A stretch of 64,000 nt of DNA from Candidatus Bathyarchaeum tardum (GCA_024650005.2 CP122380.1:128001-192000), one strand, 5' to 3'. Counted from the stretch's first letter, positions 49,069-58,062 are shown. Notes: generated by a model from the letters alone, not told the origin. Numbers and translations: made by a program.

Positions 49069-51291
49069 ATGCCTAGACAGCGACGAAAATCTGGTGTGAA
49101 AGTTCTGAAAGCAGCTTCTTCTTCTTTGCGTATGCAGCTGTTACTTACCCTCGTAGAAAAAGGTCCCCAATCCTACACTGACCTCATGAAGGTTCTTAAA
49201 CTCAACCCCAGCCGAGACGCAGGAAGATTTGCGTATCACCTCAAATACCTGCTCAACGCTGATTTGATTGAACCCGACGTAGACAACAAAGAATACCGAC
49301 TCACCGAACTAGGCAAAATCATGATTCAATTCACTGAAGACATTCAACAACAATTCTTACAAAGGAAAAAAATTCTAGTAAGAACCTCCCGTCTGGCCAT
49401 GGAAGAATTCGACAGAAACAAAATCGTTGAAGCCCTCGTTAAAGAAGCCAATGTCCCCATTTTTCAGGCTCAAAAAATTGCCCGTGAAACCGAAAAAAGG
49501 ATCTTGGAATTCAAAACAAAATACTTGACCGCGCCCCTAATTCGAGAAATGGTTAACGCAATCTTGGTCGAAAAAGGTTTAGAAGAATACCGTCACAAAT
49601 TAACCCGACTTGGGCTGCCTGTTTTTGATGTTAACCAACTTATTGAATCAACTGGTACCACAAAACAAAGTGTTGATGCCATCCACAAAGCAGCAGCGGA
49701 TGCAGTTATGGAAGAATACACTTTGCTTAACGTTTTGCCTCGGGAAGTTGCTGATGCTCATTTGTCTGGCGGGTTGCATCTTAACAATTTGGGGACTTGG
49801 GTTTTAAAACCTGATCAGTTTATGCATGATTTAAGGTTCTTTTTTCAGCATGGATTAAACCATGGTGCATTGAACCTTGAAGAGCCCACGTATCTTCCGC
49901 CTAAAACTCTTGAAGCTGCTTTGGTTACTGCTTCTAATGTTTTAAAAATTGCATCCACCGAATCATCGGGAGAACAAACCCTTGACTTTTTTAACATTTT
50001 TTTGGCTCCTTTCACTCAAGGTCTTTCCGAAGAAAGAATTCGAGAAAGCCTAAGACTTTTCATATCTAACCTTAATCAGCCTCTATTAAATGGGAGTTCA
50101 GTTGGGGCTTCTTTAGGTGTAGAATTTTTGGTTCCAGAATTTTTAAAAGACAAAGAAGCTATCGGACCCGGAGGAAAAACAGTTGGATGCTACAATGATT
50201 TTGTTGAAGAAATTAGACGTTTAGTTTCTTTGCTGTTTGAAGTTTTTCTTCACGATGACACTTACAAACCAGTTTTAAACCCCCGCCTGATAATCAAAAT
50301 TCGACCTGAAGTCCTCAAAAACGCGGCGTGTACCCATCTGCTTTATGATGCCCATAAACTTGCAGAAAACGGTCTGCCATATTTTGCTAATTTATGTCCT
50401 GCTGGACAGATAACCGCATCTTATACATCTGCAGGTTTTAGGCTTGCCGCTGAATGGCGAGAAGATTGGGAACTGGACACCCTGCAAACTGGAAGCGTTG
50501 ACAGCGTGATAATTAATCTACCCCGTGTCATGTATGAAGCAAAAGGCAAAGAAAACAGTTTTTTCAAAATCTTGGACAATCAGCTTGAACTTGCGTTGCA
50601 GGCTTTGGAAATAAAATATCATACAATAAAACAGCGTGAACGGGAACATATGTTACCTTTTTTGATGCAAAAAACTGGCGGCGACCAATACTTCCGAATT
50701 GAAAACGCCGTTCGTTTAGTAAGTTTTGTTGGTTTGAACGAAACAATCCAAGCTTTCTTTGATAAGCCCTTGAAACAGGAAGGGGAAACTCTTGATTTTG
50801 CTAAAAAAATAGTTTCGTGCCTGTCTGAAGACATCGAAAAATACTCGAAAAAGCCTGAAACCCGGGCTGCTTTAGCTATGGTGCCTGCTAGTTATGCTGC
50901 TAAACGGTTAGCCGAATTGGATGCAGAAAAGTACGGTTGGGGAACTGTTCATGCAAAAGGTACTAAAGAAAACCCCTTCTATACTGACTTAGTAGCTTTG
51001 CCGTTAGACACTCAAATCTTCTGGAAGGACCGACTCAAAGTTGAAGAACAGTTTCACCGATTAACTCCAGGGGGACACTTGGCAGTCATACCCCTTTCTG
51101 ATGAACCCCAAAAATCTGATGATTTGTTAGCTGTAACCCGAGATATAGCGGGTTCTATGAACGTTGGGTTAACTGTTTTCAACCGAAACATCGCATATTG
51201 TGCAGTTTGCCGTCAGATTTTTTATGGACAATTGGAAAAATGTCCTTCATGTGGCTCTGTTAATATGCTTCAATCTTTCAGCCGAGTATAA
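49069..51291 (+). CDS. wHTH + ATP-cone + catalytically inactive class III RNR (NrdD-like) fusion protein
   Basis: ArsR-like HTH (SSLRMQLL..SYTDLM..FAYHLKYL..YRLTELG); ATP-cone (VRTSR..EEFDRNKI..LTAPLIRE); NrdD body (DAHLSG.LH, INLPR, VGLNE, GGH); CxxC-CxxC; ends at SRV-stop with no TGY. Confidence 0.88.
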   Translation: MPRQRRKSGVKVLKAASSSLRMQLLLTLVEKGPQSYTDLMKVLKLNPSRDAGRFAYHLKYLLNADLIEPDVDNKEYRLTELGKIMIQFTEDIQQQFLQRKKILVRTSRLAMEEFDRNKIVEALVKEANVPIFQAQKIARETEKRILEFKTKYLTAPLIREMVNAILVEKGLEEYRHKLTRLGLPVFDVNQLIESTGTTKQSVDAIHKAAADAVMEEYTLLNVLPREVADAHLSGGLHLNNLGTWVLKPDQFMHDLRFFFQHGLNHGALNLEEPTYLPPKTLEAALVTASNVLKIASTESSGEQTLDFFNIFLAPFTQGLSEERIRESLRLFISNLNQPLLNGSSVGASLGVEFLVPEFLKDKEAIGPGGKTVGCYNDFVEEIRRLVSLLFEVFLHDDTYKPVLNPRLIIKIRPEVLKNAACTHLLYDAHKLAENGLPYFANLCPAGQITASYTSAGFRLAAEWREDWELDTLQTGSVDSVIINLPRVMYEAKGKENSFFKILDNQLELALQALEIKYHTIKQREREHMLPFLMQKTGGDQYFRIENAVRLVSFVGLNETIQAFFDKPLKQEGETLDFAKKIVSCLSEDIEKYSKKPETRAALAMVPASYAAKRLAELDAEKYGWGTVHAKGTKENPFYTDLVALPLDTQIFWKDRLKVEEQFHRLTPGGHLAVIPLSDEPQKSDDLLAVTRDIAGSMNVGLTVFNRNIAYCAVCRQIFYGQLEKCPSCGSVNMLQSFSRV

Positions 51292-51429
51292 TACAGCCTT
51301 TTTTTGTTTTATTGTCTATATTCAAATACAGGGTTTTTTGTTAGACCCCTATATAAGACAGAAAACAATTCTAGAGTAAAATCGTGTCAATATTTTTCGG
51401 TGTCTTTCAAACTAGAATACTAGTTAGAT

Positions 51430-51445
51430 GTCAATTTGAAATGAC
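51430..51445. promoter_or_regulatory. GTCAA-N6-ATGAC site upstream of nrdH-nrdD
   Basis: One mismatch to GTCAA-N6-TTGAC. Lies about 35 bp upstream of AAAAA-ATTAAATA (BRE/TATA-like, about 51476-51488). Confidence 0.4.
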
Positions 51446-51550
51446 TCTTATACAGAATTTTATACCATTAACACTAAAAAATTAAATATAGCCAGTTGCC
51501 CCTAAATGCTTTTATCTTACAAGTAAAAACATCTAACGAGGTAATTTTTC

Positions 51551-51856
51551 ATGGGTTTTTCAAACGATTTCGGCAGCTCTTCTGCGCATCCACCCGCAAA
51601 CGGCGTCGTGGTTTACACAACCAGCGGATGCACTCGATGTGACATGCTGAAAAAATGGTTAAAAAATAAAAACACGAATTTTGAAGAAAAAAATCTAGAA
51701 GACTCAGACGTAATGACCGACCTAGTAATGAGAAATTTTGTCGTTATGTCCGCGCCCGCCCTAGAAATTAACGGAGAAGTATATACAGACAGTCAAATAT
51801 TCGAAAACAATGGAATAATCAAGCCGACAATTTCAAAAATTTTTGAGGGAATGTAA
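51551..51856 (+). CDS. nrdH: Glutaredoxin/NrdH-like redoxin
   Basis: VYTTSGCTRCDMLKKWL (CxxC) and SAPAL cis-Pro loop; abuts nrdD. Confidence 0.85.
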   Translation: MGFSNDFGSSSAHPPANGVVVYTTSGCTRCDMLKKWLKNKNTNFEEKNLEDSDVMTDLVMRNFVVMSAPALEINGEVYTDSQIFENNGIIKPTISKIFEGM

Positions 51857-54058
51857 ATGACCGAAATGTTGCATAACGTTCAGCCGATGGTTAGAGGAAC
51901 AGACGGTTTTATTGTTCCTTGGAGTAAACAAAAAATTGTAGAACAGCTAATAACTGAAACTAAATTGGCTAAAGAATTTTACGACATGCCTGCAATAAGC
52001 CAGCACGACGCTGAACAAATTGCATCTGAGGTTGAAACGAAAGTTTTTGATTTGAATCTCAAGTTCATTAGCGGTCCTTTGATTCGAGAGTTGGTAAACA
52101 ATGTTTTGTTGTCCAGAGTTTCAGAAAAACCACAGTTTGCTTTGTACCGAAACATTTTGACTCGAGTCGGTGCACCTGTTTATAACGCTTATTTGATGGA
52201 TATGGGTGAAGGCTTTAAAGCAAAAGAGAATGCAAACCTTCAACCTAACCCAGAAACTGCCCACAAACGAAAAGCAGACTGGGTCTCTGGTGAAGAGTAC
52301 CTTCTATTGATGCCGCCGGATATTGCTGACGCTCACTTGGCGGGGGACTTGCACATTCACGATTTAGAATATTTTGGCACTCGACCCTTCTGTCAAGACT
52401 GGGACTTGCGTTACTTCTTCTATTACGGGTTAATGCCTGACGGACTGGGTACACGAACAAGCATCGCTGGTCCAGCTAAACACCCCGAAGTAGCAATTCT
52501 ACATACCGCTAAAATCTTAGCTTCAGCTCAGACAAACTTTGCAGGTGGAGAAGGTTTCTACAATTTCCTTATATTCTTAGCACCTTACTTCCGAGGACTA
52601 AGCTACGAACGAACTCGTCAACTCATGCAGATGATGTTCTTTGAGTACACTCAAGCCTACGTTGCTAGGGGCGGTCAACTAGTTTTCAGTAACATTCAGG
52701 TGCAACCTGGAGTTCCTGACCTATGGAAGAACGTTCCAATTGTAATGAACGGAAAAATAGGACCAGATGTTTATGGCAACTATGAAGACGAAGTTCGCAT
52801 GATGTTCCGTGCCCTTTACGATGTTGCTGGCAAAGGCGATTACTGGGGTAAACCTTTCAACTTTCCTAAACTTGAAAACTCGTTGAGTCCCGAATTTTTC
52901 AAGCCTGAATATGATGATGTTTGGCTTGATGTTCACAAGGTTGTTGGCAAGTTTGGGTTGCCTTACTTTGATAACTTGATGCCTGATTATCGAGGGTATG
53001 GAAAAGGTGTTTCATGTTACCAATGTTGTGCATACTGTTTTGTTGAAACACCAGAAGACAGCGAAGACTTCTACGAGAAACTCAACTTTGATGGCGGAAA
53101 ACATTTCACCATGGGTAGCTGGCAAGTTTCTAGCTTGAATCTTCCAAGGTTAGCTTATAAAGCAAACGGAGAGGACGAGGTTCTCTTTGAAGAAGCACGA
53201 AGACTGATGGATTCGGCTCTGGAAGTTTTTAAAGCAAAGAAGAAATGGATGGATCTTTCCCTGAAGAACAACCGTATTCCTTTTGCTACTCAACGACCCT
53301 TAGATCCAAGAACCGGTGAGAAAGGAACAACTGCTGTAGACTTTGATGCCCTGACCTTTACAATCGGTCTTGTAGGTGGTAACGAGATGGCTCAGTACCA
53401 TACTGGTTATCAGTTGCACGAAAATATGGAAGGCGTCAAGATTCTAATCAAATTGATTCTGGAAATGCAAAAATATAAGAAAGTTCTCGAAGAAAAGAGT
53501 GGTTACAAAATTGCTCTGGCACGAACTCCTGCAGAATCTACTGCCCAACGGTTTGCCATTTCTGACTTAATAACTGATAAATATCGAGGTAACGCAGAAA
53601 AACTTGTCAAAGGAAATGTCGGGGAAGCCAAGTTTATGTTGGCTAACCACAAAAAGGATGTTCCAGTTTACTACAGCAATGGAACTCACGTTGACGTCGG
53701 GGCAAAAATGGGTCTGTTTGAACGAATGAACATTGAACAAAAGTTCTTCCCCCTCTTGAACGGTGGAAACATGCTCCATGTCTGGCTTGGCGACGCTGAC
53801 CCTGACCCTGAAGCTTTGTACAAACTAACAAAACGAATTACAACCCAAAGCAATATCGGTTACTTTGCTTACACTAAAGACCTCACTGTCTGCAGTAACT
53901 GTGGAAAAGTCACTTCACCAATGCGGGACAACTGTCCTAACTGTAATTCTAACTCTGTAGAGTGGTGGTCACGAGTAACTGGATATTACCAAGCAGTCAG
54001 CGGTTGGAACAAAGGCAAACGAGAAGAGCTAGCAAACAGATACCGAACTGGGCTGTAA
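51857..54058 (+). CDS. nrdD: Anaerobic (class III) ribonucleoside-triphosphate reductase, intact
   Basis: ATP-cone; HIHDLEY..RPFC; YQCC; LNLPR; TPAES; CSNC/CPNC; SRVTGYY glycyl-radical motif. Confidence 0.95.
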   Translation: MTEMLHNVQPMVRGTDGFIVPWSKQKIVEQLITETKLAKEFYDMPAISQHDAEQIASEVETKVFDLNLKFISGPLIRELVNNVLLSRVSEKPQFALYRNILTRVGAPVYNAYLMDMGEGFKAKENANLQPNPETAHKRKADWVSGEEYLLLMPPDIADAHLAGDLHIHDLEYFGTRPFCQDWDLRYFFYYGLMPDGLGTRTSIAGPAKHPEVAILHTAKILASAQTNFAGGEGFYNFLIFLAPYFRGLSYERTRQLMQMMFFEYTQAYVARGGQLVFSNIQVQPGVPDLWKNVPIVMNGKIGPDVYGNYEDEVRMMFRALYDVAGKGDYWGKPFNFPKLENSLSPEFFKPEYDDVWLDVHKVVGKFGLPYFDNLMPDYRGYGKGVSCYQCCAYCFVETPEDSEDFYEKLNFDGGKHFTMGSWQVSSLNLPRLAYKANGEDEVLFEEARRLMDSALEVFKAKKKWMDLSLKNNRIPFATQRPLDPRTGEKGTTAVDFDALTFTIGLVGGNEMAQYHTGYQLHENMEGVKILIKLILEMQKYKKVLEEKSGYKIALARTPAESTAQRFAISDLITDKYRGNAEKLVKGNVGEAKFMLANHKKDVPVYYSNGTHVDVGAKMGLFERMNIEQKFFPLLNGGNMLHVWLGDADPDPEALYKLTKRITTQSNIGYFAYTKDLTVCSNCGKVTSPMRDNCPNCNSNSVEWWSRVTGYYQAVSGWNKGKREELANRYRTGL

Positions 54059-54094
54059 GATGCAGCTCATTTTTACCATTTTTTTGGTTCAAGT

Positions 54095-54682
54095 TCACCG
54101 TTTAGTTTTTGCCAACAAAAATTGGTGAAGCTGCGGGAATCTTGAGGTCAACAATCTTGTTGGAATAATCAGCTTATTTGCTGCAAGTTCCCCAACACCC
54201 TTTACTTCGTATCCTTTTTTCTTGAAATCTTCTGGTGTCCATTTGCTGACGTGTTCTTGGAATGGGTTGTGCTTGGTGTGGCTTTTTGGTTGTTTAAAGA
54301 AACTAGAAGGAGTAGAAACGATAACCGTGTCTGCGATTCTTTGAAGTTCTTTTAGCAGTTGTTCTCCACAATTTTTTGGTAAATGCTCAATTGTTTCTAT
54401 GCATGTGGCGACGGTGAATTCTTGGTTATCAAAAGGTAATGGCATGTTCCTTAAGTCAAAACAATGGAGTTCATCATATATGCTGTATTTTTTACAAAAT
54501 TCAACATATTCGGGGAAAATGTCTACTCCAACTAACCGTTTTGGGGTTCTATAAATTCGTGTTATGGCACCTACGATGCCTCTGCCGCAGCCTACGTCAA
54601 TTAGTGATTCAACATTTTTTGGGATTTCTTCCAGTAGTTCGTGAAGAAAAGGGCGAGTCCAAGAGGCAACTTTCGAATCCAT
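54095..54682 (-). CDS. Class I SAM-dependent methyltransferase
   Basis: LIDVGCGRG, VGVDI, ETIEHL, VSTP. Confidence 0.88.
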   Translation of the reverse strand: MDSKVASWTRPFLHELLEEIPKNVESLIDVGCGRGIVGAITRIYRTPKRLVGVDIFPEYVEFCKKYSIYDELHCFDLRNMPLPFDNQEFTVATCIETIEHLPKNCGEQLLKELQRIADTVIVSTPSSFFKQPKSHTKHNPFQEHVSKWTPEDFKKKGYEVKGVGELAANKLIIPTRLLTSRFPQLHQFLLAKTKR

Positions 54683-54829
54683 GCTTTACCACTCTGTCGT
54701 AGTCAAAAGTGTAATGAAGTAAAAAGAATTGCCCTTTTTGCGAAGTTGTTGAAAACTTTCACGAAAAAACAGATACACACTATTATATTGTCTGTTGACC
54801 GTAAAAGACAGCAAGTTGCTGTGAGCTAA

Positions 54830-55903
54830 GTGGTTGAAATCAACAACTCAATTAATAAAAATTGGTTGCCAAGGAGCAAGACCCTCAAAAGAACTGTTCC
54901 CCTTTTGATTTTGGGTCTGTTGATTTTTGTTATTTACCTGTACTTTTTTGTTGACCTACCCGAATTGCTTGCAGTTTTTCAGGGAATTGACATTTTCTAT
55001 TATTCACTGGCTGTAGTGGGAGTTCTAGTAAACCTGCTAACTTACTCCTTGACTTGGCAGTATCTTCTGAAGCCTTTGTCAATAAATGTTGGATTCAAAA
55101 CAACCTTGTTAATCAGTTGGGTTGGAAATTTTGTTGAATTTTTTGTTCCTTCCGAATCCATTGGCGAAGACGTTTCTAAAAGTTACCTTATGGCAAAAGC
55201 CTCAGACGAAAACGCTGGAAAAGTCGTAGCTTCAGTTTTGGGACAGCGAATACTCTCCATGCTCGTTACTGTTATTATTTTGGTTTTATGTTCCGTTTTG
55301 TTGTTTACTTTGGATTTTGTTATTCCTTCGAGCATGTCCGTTTTGATAGTTCTGATTTCTGTAGGCACTGTAATCCCCTTATTATTCATAATTTTGTTAT
55401 GCAAAAAAGAAAAACTAAGTCATAGAGTAATCGATTTATTAATACGTTTTTGCGCCTGGGCTTCCCGAGGACGGTTAAACCTTGAAGACCTCCGAAGAAA
55501 AGCAAAAAACTCGGTGTATTCTTTTCATCAATCAATGAGTATTTTGGGTAAAAATCCAAAAATTCTGATTTTACCTTTGGTGTTTTCTCTGGTTAGTTAT
55601 TTCTTTAGTGTAATTGTTTCTTACTTTGTTTTTGCTTCTTTGGGATACTTCAACATCAGCTTTGTTTTACTTACACTCGTTTACACTCTTAGCCGCAACT
55701 TTCAAAGCATCCCTACCATGCTGCCCGGTGAAATAGGCTTTCTAGAAATTGTTATGACCAGCCTTTACATTGCTCTTCTTGGACCTCAAGCCACTGCAAT
55801 AAGTGCTGCATCTACAGTTCTTACTCGTGTTTTGTGGGTGTGGCTTAAAGTCTTGTTAGGCTTTGGGGCTCTTCAATGGGCTGTTCGTAAAAAACTATTG
55901 TAG
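54830..55903 (+). CDS. UPF0104 / lysylphosphatidylglycerol-synthase-TM (flippase-like) membrane protein
   Basis: W..LL, GNF....P...GE, IPTMLPGEIG.LE, LTR. Multiple TM segments. Confidence 0.8.
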   Translation: MVEINNSINKNWLPRSKTLKRTVPLLILGLLIFVIYLYFFVDLPELLAVFQGIDIFYYSLAVVGVLVNLLTYSLTWQYLLKPLSINVGFKTTLLISWVGNFVEFFVPSESIGEDVSKSYLMAKASDENAGKVVASVLGQRILSMLVTVIILVLCSVLLFTLDFVIPSSMSVLIVLISVGTVIPLLFIILLCKKEKLSHRVIDLLIRFCAWASRGRLNLEDLRRKAKNSVYSFHQSMSILGKNPKILILPLVFSLVSYFFSVIVSYFVFASLGYFNISFVLLTLVYTLSRNFQSIPTMLPGEIGFLEIVMTSLYIALLGPQATAISAASTVLTRVLWVWLKVLLGFGALQWAVRKKLL

Positions 55904-55999
55904 AGAATCAGTTTTTTATAATCAAAAAACTGTTTTAGCTTCAAATGAAAAGGAGATTTTGCGATAAAAGAATCGCTAATCATGTGTAATTTTTTTTGG

Positions 56000-56116
56000 T
56001 TAGTCTACTCGTTGCATTGGTTGGTCACAGCAGAAAAGGATCCCTTTTCCTGGTGTCATAACCTTTACAACGTTGTCGCATACTTTGCACGCATACATTT
56101 TTCCTTCGATTGTCAC
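56000..56116 (-). CDS. Stand-alone desulforedoxin-like Fe(Cys)4 protein, 38 aa (absent from ORF track)
   Basis: MTIEGKMYACKVCDNVVKVMTPGKGILFCCDQPMQRVD (CxxC-x15-CC). GAGGAGGTGA lies just before the GTG start. Confidence 0.88.
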   Translation of the reverse strand: MTIEGKMYACKVCDNVVKVMTPGKGILFCCDQPMQRVD

Positions 56117-56152
56117 TTTTTCACCTCCTCTGTTTGTCCGCGTATTAGATTA

Positions 56153-57325
56153 CTATAGTTCTGTTATAGGAAATTCAATTCGTCGTAAATATTTCTTAGC
56201 ATATTCTGGTTCATGTGATAACTCATGACTTCTTAAAAGTTGCCTTTCTAACCGACTTAAAGCGGTGCGAAAAGTCGCTTCTGGACCATATCCTTCGCTG
56301 GAACTGAAAAACGAGCCCTTTCTTGTCCTAAACTGCAAGCGGCAGTGTATTAGTTGTTCTCCTTTAAAGTTTGTCCCATGCGTTTTCATGTAAACAAACA
56401 AGGTTCCAGACTCTAGGGTTTTTTGGTATTTATTTGCAAACACTTCAAAATCAGACATTATGGCGCCCTGTTGCATTTCCTTTATTCCGACTCTTTTGAC
56501 AGAGAACTGCACTGTAATTTTTTGTTCGGGGGTTTCCCTTTCAGCTAAAGGCTCAAGAAGGTCCCTTTTAGTCAAAATTCCTGCCAGTCTTCCTTTGCTG
56601 GTTACAACCAAAGAAGTAATGTCATTTTTTTGCATTTTTTCAACTGCATCTTTTAGAGTTGTTTCTGGCTGAACGGTAATTACTGGTTTGGTCATTATTC
56701 CTTTAGCGGGAATGCTTAGAACTGGTGCTTTTTTCCCGCTCATATCTCCAACGGTTTGGCGTTGTTTTGGCTGGAATAAGCTTTCAATTACATTTTTAAC
56801 TGAGACAATTCCTGTTATGTTTCCTTTTTTTAGTACTGGTGCGTGAGAAATTCCATGTTCCCTAAAAAGACTTAGAACTGCTCCTACTGAGTCATATTCA
56901 TCGATGTAGAACGGTTTTTTGGTCATTACATCACTGGCTGTTTTGTCTCCCCATTTTCCTACAACTGCCCCTAGAATTATATCATCATCTGTAACTATTC
57001 CAATTAGTTTTTCTTGGTTGAAAACTGGAAGCTGGTTGATTCCGCTGGTTATCATTAACTGTGCTACTTTAGTGAGTGTGTCTTCTGGTGATACTGTTGG
57101 TGCTGAGCGCATCAAAGTTTCTACTTTTGTTATGGCGGGATCGTAACGTGATCTGGCTATCCATCTGTGGGTGATTACACCAGTGTATTTTCCTTTTTCG
57201 TTTAAAACAACAAGTACTGGTGTTGGTTTATCTTTAAAGAGCGAAAGACAAACAGAAAGTGAGTCGTCTTTTTTAACACTCTTAAAATTTGTTGAAAACA
57301 CATCTTTAACTACCGTTGAGGCCAT
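56153..57325 (-). CDS. 4xCBS protein with C-terminal HPF/RaiA-like domain (putative ribosome hibernation factor)
   Basis: Four CBS repeats (GVIT, QLPV..GIVT, HAPV..GIVS, GILTKRD); C-terminal CRLQFRT..G.F.SSSEG......F..AL.RLERQL. Confidence 0.75.
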   Translation of the reverse strand: MASTVVKDVFSTNFKSVKKDDSLSVCLSLFKDKPTPVLVVLNEKGKYTGVITHRWIARSRYDPAITKVETLMRSAPTVSPEDTLTKVAQLMITSGINQLPVFNQEKLIGIVTDDDIILGAVVGKWGDKTASDVMTKKPFYIDEYDSVGAVLSLFREHGISHAPVLKKGNITGIVSVKNVIESLFQPKQRQTVGDMSGKKAPVLSIPAKGIMTKPVITVQPETTLKDAVEKMQKNDITSLVVTSKGRLAGILTKRDLLEPLAERETPEQKITVQFSVKRVGIKEMQQGAIMSDFEVFANKYQKTLESGTLFVYMKTHGTNFKGEQLIHCRLQFRTRKGSFFSSSEGYGPEATFRTALSRLERQLLRSHELSHEPEYAKKYLRRIEFPITEL

Positions 57326-57590
57326 TTTTACTTCTCCAAAAATCCATTTTTTGCAAAAGGCAATTCAATCAGTATATACTAACCTCCTGTTGAAACTTTA
57401 ACGTTTTGTTTTAGGGAAGTTACTCTCTTGTTTTACAACATTACATTTGTTGAAGAATTGTTGCACTTGATTATTCAATTGATTTTTATGTCCTCAAACT
57501 TGTTGACCAATCAATGTCTGTAAGGTTATTTTCAACTAAACATTGGACTTGTAGGTCAATTTCTTTAATACAAATTTTTTTCTTTCTCAT

Positions 57591-57794
57591 TTATTCTCTT
57601 ACTCTAACAAACTTCTTTTTTCGCCTTTTAAAATAACTTGTATATTTTTTAAAAATTTCAATCAATCCCTTGGTTTTTAGGGTGGGTATTGCTCCCCACA
57701 TTTGCTTTGGCAAATTAGTTGTTTGAACTTCGCCAGAATTTTTAATAAAACTATACGTTTTCTTTTCCATTTTACCTAATTTTTGTATATTCAC
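57591..57794 (-). CDS. Small basic hypothetical protein, possibly wHTH-like
   Basis: GAGGTGA precedes a GTG at 57794; LGKMEKKTYSFIK...L.TKGLIE pattern; Lys/Arg tail. Confidence 0.55.
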   Translation of the reverse strand: MNIQKLGKMEKKTYSFIKNSGEVQTTNLPKQMWGAIPTLKTKGLIEIFKKYTSYFKRRKKKFVRVRE

Positions 57795-58062
57795 ATTTTT
57801 CACCTCGAAATTATCAGAAAATTTTTGTCTACATGATTCTAGGATACGAACAATTGACTAGCACGTAAAAGCAACGTTTTGGAATTTTCTGACTTTTCAT
57901 CAATTTAGCCGATTTGCATGCAACCTAATACAAATATGTTCTAACTGGCTCTTCGACTAATACTATAATTATTCTCAGGATATTTTATAAAGCTTGTTTG
58001 AAGTAAAAAAATTGTTCGCTCACTCTGTTTTCTTTGTTTCTGATATGTTTTGACACTATTTG

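Noticed and set aside
49069-51291. Calling the fusion an ordinary pseudogene or a second active nrdD
   Set aside because: The frame is intact over 740 codons with the Zn-ribbon and ATP-cone kept, while catalytic residues are specifically missing. Neither label fits.
51280-51320. Readthrough or frameshift restoring the glycyl-radical motif of the HTH-NrdD fusion
   Set aside because: The stop is TAA. Following codons in all three frames give no Gly-Tyr, and a T-run follows at once.
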